Of a stretch of DNA of 64,000 nucleotides, positions 36,901 to 55,087 are shown in pieces. Each line of letters opens with the position of its first letter. Positions within the stretch are counted from its first letter, which is position 1. The position numbers and the translations under genes are program-made. Below the pieces are notes generated by a model, which did not search any database, was not told the origin of the DNA, and saw only the letters and a program-made list of their open reading frames with translations. Origin of the DNA: Lepidodermella squamata (taxonomy: Eukaryota; Animalia; Gastrotricha); contig JBLDXI010000018.1 in assembly GCA_047495785.1 (NCBI GenBank), forward strand, positions 434,001-498,000, given 5' to 3'.

Positions 36901-37948
36901 GTCATTTTTTACGAAAATTTCAAACAATCGACAAAAATTTTGAATTTTTTTTCGCTAAAAACAACTGAAAAGAATACTAATTAATATCTCACATGTGTTT
37001 GAACTAATGCCAAACACGTTGCTCTGAACGGCGGCGAAATGTTTTCGAGAGGTGATGGCCGTTTCGCGGCGGCGATTGCCTCGAGAAAATCAGCTCTGGC
37101 GCTAGTTATGCATAGATCGAGATCGTGGCTATTGGTTGTTGACTAACGCGTGGTTCTTTGACCGAATTTCTTGGTTGGAACACTACCACCAGAATTCGAT
37201 CGTCCTTTTTCAGGTGAAAAGTCGTCGTCCGGCCTGCTGCAGTTCGACTCGACCGATGTCGCCATCGAGGCGCTGCTCGCCGCCCAGCACCAGCCCTTCT
37301 ACATCCCCGGTACGCCCAGCCGCCTAGCAAATATACATAACAAAAAATATCGCTTCTTACACTTGTCATCATCATCATCATCACAGCAATTTTAACAGCA
37401 AAAATTCGCAATAACAAAATTGAAGAATCATACGGATTCAAAAAGACTCGATTATTGTTCACTCGACATAGATCAGCTGAATTTGAGCTTTTCTTATCAA
37501 ATTCACGTTACCATTAGTCAATGACAATCATAAATTCACCAAATCAAATACGGGTCTGTTTTTCCCACGCTCAACTATCGCAATGTGCAGATGTGATATC
37601 AGTGAAAGGCTCATTTGGTTCCATTCCATGAGCAAGATGTACTGACACGAATTCATCGAAAATCCCATTGAAACCTAGAATCAATTCTTTTTGTTCGAAA
37701 ATATTATCGAACTGGATAATGAGGCGGATAATCGCAACAGCCAAAGGAAACTCGGGCCAAATTGATTTTAACAAATTATCGCGAAATTCCTAAATAATAT
37801 GAATAATTGCGAATTGCCAAGTGATGACAAGCGAGGCGCTGGCAAGTACCGAGGAAGTAGAAGCCTGTGTAACACGTGATTTCCATTAGGTTCCAATTCC
37901 AAGCCGCCGTACACTTTCAAGCTGTGTTTCTCGAGCATGCAGCCGTAA
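33954..37948 (+). CDS. HNRNPL: Heterogeneous nuclear ribonucleoprotein L (smooth); exons 33954-33989, 34045-34296, 34350-34429, 34484-34812, 34973-35457, 35638-35759, 35818-35960, 36134-36265, 37214-37309, 37890-37948 (577 aa)
   Basis: Four RRMs: VVHVRGL..KKRQALVEF; NPVYPITCEV..IFRKNGVQSMLEF..GADIYSGCCTLKIEYAKP; ILVYGL..NCDKLF; RFSTPESAAKNR..VLHFFNAP..GKSEKSSSGLL..PYTFKLCFS; exon total 1734 nt. Confidence 0.93.
34854..34906 (+). ncRNA. Intronic box C/D snoRNA, copy 1 (hnRNP L intron 4)
   Basis: C-like ATGATG, conserved ttgactacatcaa, D' ATGA, C' ATGATT, D CTGA; ends 66 nt upstream of the 3' splice site. Confidence 0.75.
35498..35553 (+). ncRNA. Intronic box C/D snoRNA, copy 2 (hnRNP L intron 5)
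   Basis: atgatgcttgactacatcaaatga...atgattc...ctga; flanking ataaaa/ttttat can pair; 84 nt from the 3' splice site. Confidence 0.78.
35997..36048 (+). ncRNA. Intronic box C/D snoRNA, copy 3 (hnRNP L intron 7)
   Basis: atgatgcttgactacatcaaatga...ttgattc...ctga; terminal stem ttcaa/ttgaa; 85 nt from the 3' splice site. Confidence 0.78.
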
Positions 37949-38448
37949 ATATGGCTTCCATGATGACATTCAATTTCTTCAGAGAGTTGTGACTTTCCAT
38001 TGCTACTGTGATGATCATGATGATATATTGATGAAAAATGATCTGCTGAAGTACTTGCTAGTCGAGCACGTGAAAAAATGCACAAATCAGACGACAAATC
38101 TATACCTATAGAGAATGAACTTACATGCACACAAAAATATACAACTATGCCTGTGTAACTGTAAATAATGCTAGAGCATAGAGGCAAAAATGACGTGAAA
38201 AAGTGGCTATTCTTCAAAAAATTTACTACATCGATTAGCGACTTTTTGTTCATTTTTGCTTCTATGCAATGAAAAAATACGTAATTTCGACTTCATTTTT
38301 TGTTTGCTGCTGATATAATAATGATGATGACCACAACGATTCATGGCGCGTGTCTCTTTTGAGTCGCGAGTAAATTTCTACGAGTCTCTCTACAGATATC
38401 CCCGTGTTGATTTGTTGATTAGGTTTTTTTTTGTACTTGTGAGGCAGT

Positions 38449-44817
<6,369 letters not shown>

Positions 44818-45274
44818 TTGTCTCCGTCTGCTCATCAATTATCGGGTTTTATTAACGCTCTCTCATCTCATTCTAGCTTGACATAGAGACTTTCATTGAA
44901 CATTCAGTGATTATGTTACATTGTGACAATAAACGGTTTTTTTTCTCGAAACCCGCGCTGTGAAAATTATCGAATTTTTCTACTGTGTCGCATTGAAAAC
45001 GCTCGGTTCGCTTTCTTATATGATAAACAAACATTTTCCGAGCGATTCATTCTATCTATCTATCTATCTATATCTATCATCTATTCGTCGATACGTGTCA
45101 ATAAACAATTTTTCTTTTTCGCTATTTCTATTTTGCTATTTGAATTCGGTTTTCGAGCGACTACAATAGATCTCATTGTCGAAGATCAATTTCGAGGCCA
45201 TTTGCAGTTACGCCAGCAAAAGTGTCATAGTAGGATGAAAGCGGAACGGCTACGAGTCAAAGGGCGATCTAGCT

Positions 45275-46113
45275 CAGTGATTCTCAAACTATTTTCGCTC
45301 CCGGTCAAAAATGGCGGCCGGCTGGCGACCTTTCCGGCCGCATTGCCTCTTGAACCCTCAACCGGCCGCTTGTAATGGTAAAATAGGACCTTCCCGGCCG
45401 CACGCCTCTATAATCGAGAATTGAAGTTTTCGAGTGCGCTTTTAAGCGGATTGTTTATTAAATTAGGGTTTGAGCAGTGGTTCTTCACTGAATGTTTACG
45501 CGACCCCTGATTGGTCATTCGAATGAAGTCGCTACCCATCACTCTCAAATAGTCGAAAAGTGAAAGATACTTTATGTAACATTTTGGCCAATAGATATTT
45601 GGCCTCCAAACACCAAACTCTTAACCCGTGAATTACTTAACCTTTGCGAGCGAAGCGAGCTTTAGCTGACGATATTTTTCCAGAATTCCTTCTGAAAATG
45701 GGCTAAAAATGCGTTAAAAGGGGATTTGAGTGTTTCTCGCCACGAGCCGCAAGCTGGGCTTGGCCGTAAGCGATTCGTGCAGTAGACACTTCGAAGGGGA
45801 GTCTAGAGCTGCGTAATTGCCTTGCAGGCTGTTTTTTCGTGAACAAGTTGGTAATTGCGTCTGGTATATTGAAAGATTTGAAAGTGAATGAGCGAGCGAA
45901 GCGAGAAACTTTTAAGAAAATTGTGGCTATTTATCATTTGGATACGTCGAATTTTGCTGGAAATGTGCACAAATTATGTGAAACCCTGGACTATTTCCCT
46001 CGAAAGAGCCGTCCGGCCGCACGCAATGCAAGAGATAGGTGGACCTCTGCCGGCCGCCAAACTGGGCCTCGCCGGCCGCATGCGGCCGGAAAAACGGGGT
46101 TTGAGAACCACTG
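45275..46113. mobile_element. Non-autonomous hAT element (839 bp)
   Basis: TIRs CAGTGATTCTCAAAC / GTTTGAGAACCACTG; perfect 8-bp TSD ATCTAGCT (45267-45274, 46114-46121); subterminal CGGCCGC repeats. Confidence 0.92.
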
Positions 46114-46655
46114 ATCTAGCTTAATTGTTGATTAAGATTTATCAATGAATGCTTCACGTTATGCGGTATTACAAAATGTTCCAGATACTCGGCAAAATGT
46201 CTGGAATCACTCTGCGATGATCACCTGAAGAGTTCCGGCGATACGTGTAGAAATTAACGAGGTAGCGGTGATGATTCGGCTGGGTCACGCTCAGCTTTGC
46301 TGATAAATCACCGAATTAATCAACTGAGGTACGCATGATTTCACTAATGAATCAGCTATTTCCGTAATCTTTTCACCGATTTGCTATGAATAGACACAGC
46401 TGCGATAAGATAAGCTATAGAGGTACCTGATATAAGCAAGCTGCAATGGCTAGCGACATATCTCACGTAGTACGTAGTACGCGATTTCCATTCCTCTAAC
46501 AAGTATGTCCGGTAAATCAAGTCGCTAGCTTCCACAACGTTGATCTCTTCTTTCGTTAAATAGGGAACGCTCCTACATCCTTGCCTACATCGACAGCTGT
46601 TAATTTCAAAGTCTCGGATTCGCAAGTTCTAATCGGTCAACCTACCAATAGATCA

Positions 46656-47672
46656 ATGGGAAACACTTGTTGTGAATTGGTAAGTTTTCATGATTCCTTT
46701 CAAATCAAGTGAAATATAACTTGGCATGGCAGTTTCTGAAAATCTGCTCTGGGCTTCTCTTCTGCATCACCCTCCCGTTTTCTCTACTATGCGCCCTGAA
46801 GATTGTTCAAGAGTATGAACGTGCTGTCCTCTTCCGTATGGGGTGAGCATTTCTAAACCAATTCAGCGAATTTCATTTCAAAAATGTATTCAACAGCCGT
46901 GTGGAAGGAGGGCCAAGAGGGCCTGGATTGTTTTTCGTCATGCCGGTGAGTTTTACTGCGATACAAACATATATGAAAGATTTGTAAAATTCACATGATA
47001 ATAATGCAGTGCATCGATCAAATCAAAGTCGTTGATCTCCGCACTCGGACTTACGACGTGCCTCCACAAGAGGTTTTGTCGAAGGATTCCGTCACGGTCA
47101 CAGTAGACGCTGTTGTTTATTACCGCGTGGCCGACGCTGCTGTGGCAACCACCAAGGTTGAGAACTACGACAGGGCCACTCAACTGCTTGCAGCTACCAC
47201 CCTGCGAACTATTCTCGGCACAAAATCGTTGGCCGAAATGTTGTCAGATCGCGAGCACATCTCCCTCAACTTGTCACACTTGCTTGATGGTAATGAAGAC
47301 TCGCATTTATTTTTGATCACTTTTACGAGCCTTTTCTTCACAGATGCCACTGACCCGTGGGGAGTCAAGGTCGAGCGTGTTGAAATCAAAGACGTTCGCC
47401 TTCCTCTGTCTATGCAACGCCATATGGCTGCCGAAGCCGAAGCCACGCGCGAAGCCCGCGCCAAGGTTATCTCTGCCGAAGGTGAAATGAAGGCCTCGCG
47501 AGCCCTGAAGGAAGCGTCCGACATCATTTCCGAATCACCTGCTGCTCTGCAACTTCGTTACCTGCAAACGCTGCACGACGTTGCAGCCGAAAAGAACTCG
47601 ACCATTTTGTTCCCGATCCCTATCGAAATGTTCAAAGCTTGGTCTGGAACATCTAAAACCGAGAGTGTTTAA
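46656..47672 (+). CDS. STOM: Stomatin (band 7/SPFH) paralogue A; exons 46656-46679, 46733-46842, 46897-46945, 47010-47289, 47344-47672 (263 aa)
   Basis: [79 protein letters not shown]. Confidence 0.93.
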
Positions 47673-48019
47673 CTCCAACTTGAAGCTTACAAAGATATCA
47701 AATCATCCTTGATCACGCTATATTATTTTCAAATAAATTGCGATTCGATTTCATTTTTTGTCTGTTTTCTGGCGACTTTACTACTGGTTGCGTTAAAAAT
47801 ATCGCACTGAAGTTGCATCTGAAAGAATCAGCCATAATATAATCCCGGCAATTCACAAATAAATATATTAGGACTCGAGGAGAGAAGCCCGTCAGTAGAT
47901 TTGAGGATTAGTAGATTCGGCGGCAATTTCGATCTAGCTCCCGACGAGCCTCAAGCCTCAAGTTGACGTTCGAATGCTTATTCAAATGCTTATTCATGCG
48001 CTTATTCATGCGAGATATT

Positions 48020-48210
48020 GGCCGCTATTTATCACCCTAGCCGGATGGGAACGTGATCATTTTTTGCAAAATCTTCCGTCACACTTGTTTCACCTTGTGT
48101 TGAAACATAAGTAGAACGAAATCTCTCGCAAGCTGCAAGGCCAGAAACATTTATCGGGGTGGAGCCAAAACCCTGATAAGACAAAAGCGCGCAACTGATA
48201 AGATTCCGTT
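48020..48210 (+). promoter_or_regulatory. GATA motif cluster upstream of stomatin B (similar sites at 46301-46415 upstream of stomatin A)
   Basis: TGATAAG 48174-48180 and 48196-48202, TTATCA 48029-48034. Confidence 0.45.
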
Positions 48211-48315
48211 TTCACGCAAGCCTTAACTAGTTCACTAGTATTATTAATCCGTTATTAATCCGTCCAATCCCCAGAGCAATTATTTTTAGTCAGCTGTCGG
48301 TATCTCTGCAGATCA

Positions 48316-49330
48316 ATGGGAAATACGTGTTGCGAGCTGGTAATTTTAAACCCGATGATTTGCTATATTATATTGTACTAAAATGGGAATTTTTACAGTT
48401 CTTGAAATGTTTGTCCGGACTCTGCCTATGTTTCACGTTCCCTTTTTCATTGATATGCGCCTTGAAGATCGTTCAAGAATATGAAAGGGCCGTTCTCTTC
48501 AGAATGGGGTACGATTTATGCTAAATCACCTCCAACCGAGGACTCATAAATTTTATTATTAGACGTGTGGAGGGCGGGCCGCGTGGACCTGGCTTATTTT
48601 TCGTTATGCCGGTGAGTTAATTAAGCTTCTTCTTTGTTGGCGCGACTACTTATTGATACTACCTATAGTGCATCGATCAAATTAAAGTCGTTGATCTCCG
48701 CACTCGGACCTACGATGTTCCTCCGCAAGAAATTTTGACAAAAGACTCAGTAACTGTCGCAGTCGATGCTGTTGTTTATTACCGCGTTGCCGATGCCTGC
48801 ATAGCGACTACAAAGGTAGAAAACTACGACAAGGCGACCCAGTTGTTGGCATCTACGACCCTGCGAACGATTCTTGGTACAAGGTCCCTGGCTGAAATTC
48901 TTTCTGATCGCGAGCACATTTCGGCCAATTTATCGCACATTCTCGATTGTAAAACAATTTAGAAACATAAATACTTGTTATTAACGTTCTCTTTCTTTCA
49001 GCCGCCTCTGATCCGTGGGGAGTCAAGGTCGAGCGTGTCGAAATCAAGGACGTTCGGCTCCCAAGTTCCATGCAGCGCGCTATGGCTGCCGAAGCCGAAG
49101 CCACCCGCGATGCCCGCGCCAAGGTCATCTCAGCCGAGGGCGAGCAAAAAGCTTCTCGAGCTCTGAAAGAGGCATCTGATATTATCTCGGAGTCTCCAGC
49201 AGCTCTGCAACTGCGCTATCTGCAGACTCTACACGACATTGCCACCGAGAAAAACTCGACCATTTTGTTCCCGATTCCTATTGAAATGTTCAAAGCTTGG
49301 TCGAAACCAACGAAAGTTGAAAGCTTGTAA
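48316..49330 (+). CDS. STOM: Stomatin paralogue B (tandem duplicate); exons 48316-48339, 48399-48508, 48563-48611, 48669-48948, 49002-49330 (263 aa)
   Basis: Same exon sizes (24/110/49/280/329 nt) and motifs as paralogue A. Confidence 0.93.
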
Positions 49331-49657
49331 AAAAATGTTGTCATCCTATTTTGCCAATTTATTGCTGTACCAAATTATTGATTCTTTTCAACTCTAAAGA
49401 TTTTACTTGATTGCATTTTGTTTTGAACTTTTCAAATAAAATGTTTGCTGGCAAATTACAGCAAAATGCCTGGTTTTCAAATGTTGGTCTGCGGGCGGAT
49501 TCTTTGTCAATACTAGAAATACGAATCAACATTTTCGCATTAATCGTTAGTAGTAATAAATAGCCATTCGACCTAGAAGATTCAGCTTTATTGGTTTTTC
49601 TCGACTCAGATTCATAAAAAATTGAAAGAACATGTAAAGAAGCACCCAAAAGCATAG

Positions 49658-50611
49658 TTAATGCGGTCTCAAACATGAAATAGACGCGTTATTAGCATCT
49701 GAATTTGAAAGAATAATTTTTTCGCCAACAAGAATTCGCCTTATTTCGCTTTTCAGTCCACGAGCCGTGGTAAAATGCGCTTGCCGACGAGACAGCGCTC
49801 TCTCCCAATGTTTCCGATTAACTTTGGACAGTAGGCTAAAAACGCTGGCGTGACGGCGCATTTGGCAGAATCGATTCGATTCGACCGTAATTTCGTAAGA
49901 GCATGGTGATTTTTCATTGACCGATGCTAATTTAATTTCTTCCTGATGATCGGATGAGCATGAAAATAGTACTTGAGCCTGTCTGCAGATCTTTCCGGGA
50001 CATTCGTGGCCACCCAGATAGCGAATGCCAGCGACGTATGGGTCGAAATCGTTCAGATCCGTCACATTATACAACTCGTCAGCTATCACAAAATCTTGAA
50101 AAGTTCTGCAAACAAAGACCATCGGCAGTTTCGAACAATTTGATTCGGACTAAATAAGCTATCTCACCCTAGGAGGCTGGACGAAGTAGAGAAGGCTGAA
50201 GTTGACAAGTCCGTTTGGGTAATATTGTCAAACAAGCAGACTTGGTAAAGATACCTAGATTGCAATCCAAAATTAATTAAATAAATAAAATTACAGTAGC
50301 AATAAATACCTTTCAAAAGTTGCTCTCAAGCACGAACCAAGTAGTTTGCGAAATATTGTATTCGCGTGACCGTGAACCATCCTAGCACCAATGACCTTTT
50401 CCACGAATCCGGGCGTAGCCTGCAAAGGTGGTAGCGGATTGCTGCCAGGTTGAACGGGTAGCCTGAATTGGCAGGTTAGCTTAAAACACGAGCTGTCAAC
50501 TGCAACTCACGATACGCTACTGGGATTTTCGACTAGTCTCACTACTACCATTTCACAGCATGACAGTCCAAGCAATACCGTCAGGATGATTATTTTCTCC
50601 ATCAGCAACAT
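49658..50611 (-). CDS. GNPTG: GlcNAc-1-phosphotransferase gamma subunit (MRH domain); exons 50611-50511, 50462-50310, 50254-50168, 50105-49658 (262 aa)
   Basis: Signal peptide, VRLVENP, LLGSC..YLYQVCLFDNITQ, GGHECPGKICRQAQVLFSC..VNEKSPCSYEI, and a WERAL..FTTARGL tail typical of GNPTG. Confidence 0.8.
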
Positions 50612-51175
50612 CTGATTTCTTCAGTAGCGTTACTTGTTTATTTCGGCTGAAATAACTAAAACCACACTAAAACTTAGAACAAAATATGGTTGCATACTCT
50701 AGCCTCTAGCCAACGTTTAAGAGAAAAAGAAAATTCGACAAGACATTTCGTCAGATCGTCGTAAAGAAACGCAATCGAGGAGAATGCAATCTGACGTCTT
50801 ATTTATTACTTCCGAATTTACGTAGGCATCACATATACTATAGCTCAATAAAATACTGTAAGAGTTCGAAGAGTACACATATTAGGAAAAGGCAAGACCT
50901 ACAAACATGATCTGATTGAAGAAAATGTCGCCTTGAATGCTGAATGTATGGAAACTTAGCTCATTGCAAAATAGCTGTGCAGTTTCACATGCGAGAAATC
51001 CTCTAATTGCTGGTTATCTTCTGGCAGTTCATTGGCAGTGATCTACAGGCTATGGACGACGCGGAATCAGCGCAACCAACACGTGACTGAGTCTTTTTAT
51101 TCAACTATAATTTTGCATTTTGGTAAATAAAATATATTGGTATTCAATATTTGTGTGGTGCTAAATTATATTTTT

Positions 51176-51189
51176 GTTGCTATAACAAC
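51176..51189. promoter_or_regulatory. RFX X-box motif upstream of the EFCAB6-like gene
   Basis: GTTGCTATAACAAC ~140 bp before the AUG; forkhead-like GTAAATA at ~51123. Confidence 0.6.
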
Positions 51190-51329
51190 GCTTACTTGCC
51201 CGGAAATCTTCCGAACGATTTAAGATGTACGTGCATGCTGAATTTGTTGCGGAAATCGATAACTCAAGCAACAGGTGTGCTTAATAAAGTCTGAAATCGA
51301 TCTGCACTGTAATTGATGAACTGAGAGTT

Positions 51330-54300
51330 ATGGATCCGTTGCTTGAAAGATCAAAGACTGAGGGTAGGATATCGATTTCAGGAAATGGATTTGGAAATTC
51401 GCCCGATCCGGAGCATAGTAGCCCCAGATTATTACAACGCAGCAGGACCGAACTGTCTATCCCCGCTAGTGCCTGCTCGTCATCTGGAGGTCATGCTAAC
51501 CAAGAATTCGATGTCGATCGGGTAAAACTTGGCTAGTTTTGAATGAAAAATGTCATTAGATGGATTCATTTACTAGGTTCTATTCGAAATCTCACGTAAA
51601 GTAAATGCCAATAAGAAGAGCCTGCTGTATCTATTCCGTAACAATGATCCTTCTGGCAGAGGAGCAATATCTCGGTAAGTGCTTCACCTTAACCACCGCA
51701 CCATCTTTTTAGCGTTAATGCTGATAGCGAGGCTCTGCATCGGATTATGCGAGTGCTTTACGGCTTCCTAAATTCCGACCAGTTTCAAAAGTTGCTGAGG
51801 CGCCTGAACATTCACAATAGAAGTCAGATTACCTATGAAGTATTCATGGCTTGCTTTGAGGATGCAGAGGTAAGCCTTCATCTTACTTGATAGATGTTAT
51901 TGACGTCGACGCCTGAATTTCCAGCCAATGCAAAAGCGCTTCTTACGCAAGCAACTACTTGAACCTTTTTGGCGCGCTGCTTCGGCTGGAACCGAGGATA
52001 ACGTTGAACTCATAGATAGCCGTGATGAAAGAAGATACAATGAAGTCGCCACTGGAATGGAGCGTAGCAAATCTGCCGACGACCGATTGTCTGGTATCAA
52101 ACGCCGTATTCTCGACATGTATGCAATGCTTCTAATAATAATTAAGATATACAAAATCTAATGCTTTGTTTAGATTACCTACATTACGTGAAAGCTTCTC
52201 TAACGACGGGCCAAAAGACTTACTACTTACTTCTAAACTGCTGCGAACCGTTTTGGAGAAAGCCGGCTTATCACCCACTGTTGAAGACGCAAATGTTCTG
52301 TGGGATAAGTAAGTCACACATCATTTAACATGGGCTTAATTTAGATGACTAGAACTATGAACCATGGCTTGCAATCTATTTTCGTAGATATTGCGGTATG
52401 TTTGTTCGGCTAAAATGTTTTTGATTTGCTTAATACGTTTTGTTATCACACGTTGATTTGAGAGTAGTTAGAGCGAAGTTAAAGCGCGTTGTCATTTGTG
52501 CTAGATTGGACACTGCTCGTTGTGGTTTAGTGCCGCTACGCCGATTTTACACATTTATCGACCCAATGTCCGAGACGCAATTGCCAGGAACGGCTCCTCA
52601 GTCGCAGAGTTCGTCGAAAGGCTCGTCCTTCCCAGCTCCGATTAAAGCACCCGGCATTCCGCGGCTTGCCGTCGGTGCGAAGTCTTCCGTACCCGGTGCA
52701 CGCAGTTTCACGCACTACCGCTACCCAGCGGAACAGCAAGAAGGCCAGCAACAACAGCGGCCGGCTGAAGTCGACCGCAGTTTACCATCGAAGCCGCCAG
52801 TTTTGCCGCATGTTCCGAAGTCATTCGGTTCTCGGAAACGCGCGTTGGTTCTTGAGAATGACAAGCCTGTTTTAGCACAGTTGGTTGCTCGACTTGTCGA
52901 GCCTCGCGAGCAATTCATGGCATTTTGCCGGCGATTCGACGACGACGTAGCTGGCGGATCTGGCCGAATCGCCCTGGGCCAATTACTCGGTTGTTTGTTG
53001 TTTTGCGGCAAAGTTGTGCCTGACACACTGGTCAATCAACTGCTGCAAAAAATGGGCGTAAAGGTGATCAGCGACGAGAATGCGGCCGGCGACGGAACCG
53101 CAAAGAAGTACGACTACAAAAACTTGGGCTGTGCCATGTATGACGCAGATGCGAATCGATTGCTCGGCGGATTGTTGCAAACACCTGAGCACTACTTCCG
53201 GTAAATCACGCATTTCCTTGGAGATTTGTTGTTCAACTCACGCAATTATTTTCGTGTTTTTACAGGCAACTTCGCTCTGAAATTTGTGCCGATTGGTGCG
53301 AAACCGAGCCGACCAACTACGAAATTCTGGAAATTAAATTCCTTAAATTCATGTATAACGATATCATTAAACTTGTCACCGAGTTACGGTAAGAAAAAAA
53401 TCGCGTGCTTTTTTTATTTGACATTGATTTTTTCTTCGTCTGTGCTAACAGTCGGTTGGATCGTAACAACAGCGGTGTTGTAAGCGAGAAGGACTTCGAG
53501 GCGGCCATGTCGCGCGTGTTCAACGCGTCGTTCTCGAGGAAACAACTCACGGAGCTGACCCGAGGGGCGCTGGCCGAAGACGGCGGTGTCGTGATTCAGG
53601 AGTTTGTCAAATCAATGTTCGCTACGGCGCAGCCCGACATCTGCCGCATTCTCACTGTTTCGTCGTCGAAGCGCGCAAATTCGCAGAGAAACGCCAAGGA
53701 ATCGAACGAACAAGCGGCGCCGATTAGTTTTATACCAGACCTGACAGCCGGTATGGAATTCGGCGCTGACTCTTCGAAACAACAACAACAGCAGCAAACC
53801 ACGCTAGTGCCTGGGACGTTCGGAGTTGCGACAGAAATGTCGGAGGAAGAGGCTGTGTCGATGTTCAAATCAATCATGAAAGACCGGTTCCACACGTTTG
53901 ACAAGCAGTTCATCGCGCTCGATGTCAAGCAGACGAAGCGAATTTCGCAGTTTCAGCTGCACCAGATCCTGCGGAACATGAACATTCATCTGAACATGCG
54001 CGAACTCGGCTACATGTGGAAATTCGTGCCGGTCGACGCGGATGGGCTGTGTTCTTACCGCCGCTTTTTGCTGCACTTCATGGCGCACGGCAGTGGCGGT
54101 CCGTTGGCGCTGCCGGGTCGCCATAAGCAGCAGCCGACTGATGCGGACGATCAACATCAGGCGGAGAAGGCGGAGCGGGCGGCGTTGAAAGCGAACGAGG
54201 CCGAGCAGGCGAAACTGGAAAAGGAGAAGGCGTCCAGTGAAGTCGACAACGTGCTCGAGTGCATCCGTTCTGACATTTGCCGGCAGTGGGGCGTTTTGAA

Positions 54301-55087
54301 GGAGCGCATCCGCCAGGAAGACGGCGCTGGCACCGGCAGTTTCGATACCGAACGCCTCTCTGTAAGTTTTCGACTCCGGTCTATCTTGAAGTATTTGCGC
54401 TAATTTTTAAATTTCGAAAAATTGCGCAGTGAATTTATTTGATGAGGTTTCGAGACACGTAATATCGAAAATCTCCGTTGTTCGAACCGAAGCTCGTAGC
54501 CTCGAATAATTTATTGCAAGACCCGTTATTGCATCAATTTTAAATTTTTTTTGAGCTTTGGATTTTCCTGAAATGAATAGGGTTTAAGAGCTTCAAGATT
54601 TCTCTGAAATTCCGCTTACTTTTTATGCTTCAGCTTGCAGAGCCAATATCGATTCCAAGTATCAATTTTACAAATCGGTGATTTTTCGATATCCACAATC
54701 TTTGAAGCCAGCCTCGAATACTTATTTTTCTACGTAGCTTGGAGCATGTGATATAAAATCCATGACTTATAGGCATTGTTATTGATCAAGAAAAAAAACC
54801 CGAAATAACAAAGAATCGGATAGTTTTAGGGCTGGAACCTCAATTTTTGATTGACAGATGCGTTGACCTTTAGTATTCGCTGAGATAATGTATTAGTATT
54901 TTACGAATTTTGTCGTTGTCAGGCTGTGATAAAAGGTTCCGGCGTGGATATAACCGAAGAGACGCTGTCGTACCTATCGCGCAAGTACACGTCGATCGTT
55001 CGCAACAAGCGCCGCTTCTTCTACATGCCATTCATGCGCTATTTCACGCGCCGACTCACGACCGATGCCGGCAACGCCAACAACTGA
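51330..55087 (+). CDS. Multi-EF-hand protein, EFCAB6-like; exons 51330-51521, 51577-51674, 51728-51869, 51925-52118, 52174-52308, 52505-53200, 53266-53388, 53452-54361, 54923-55087 (884 aa)
   Basis: Repeated degenerate EF-hand pairs (DPSGRGAISRE, LDRNNSGVVSEKDF, DVKQTKRISQ, VDADGLCSYRRFLLHF, CRQWGVLKERIRQEDGAGTGSF); exon total 2655 nt. Confidence 0.72.

Noticed and set aside
37310-37395. hnRNP L C-terminus as given by ORF 37171-37395
   Set aside because: The conserved ending PYTFKLCFS is encoded by exon 37890-37948, so this stretch is intron
37822-37853. Fourth C/D snoRNA (GTGATGA...CCGA) in hnRNP L intron 9
   Set aside because: Too short, no canonical D box, too close to the 3' splice site and lacks the shared guide
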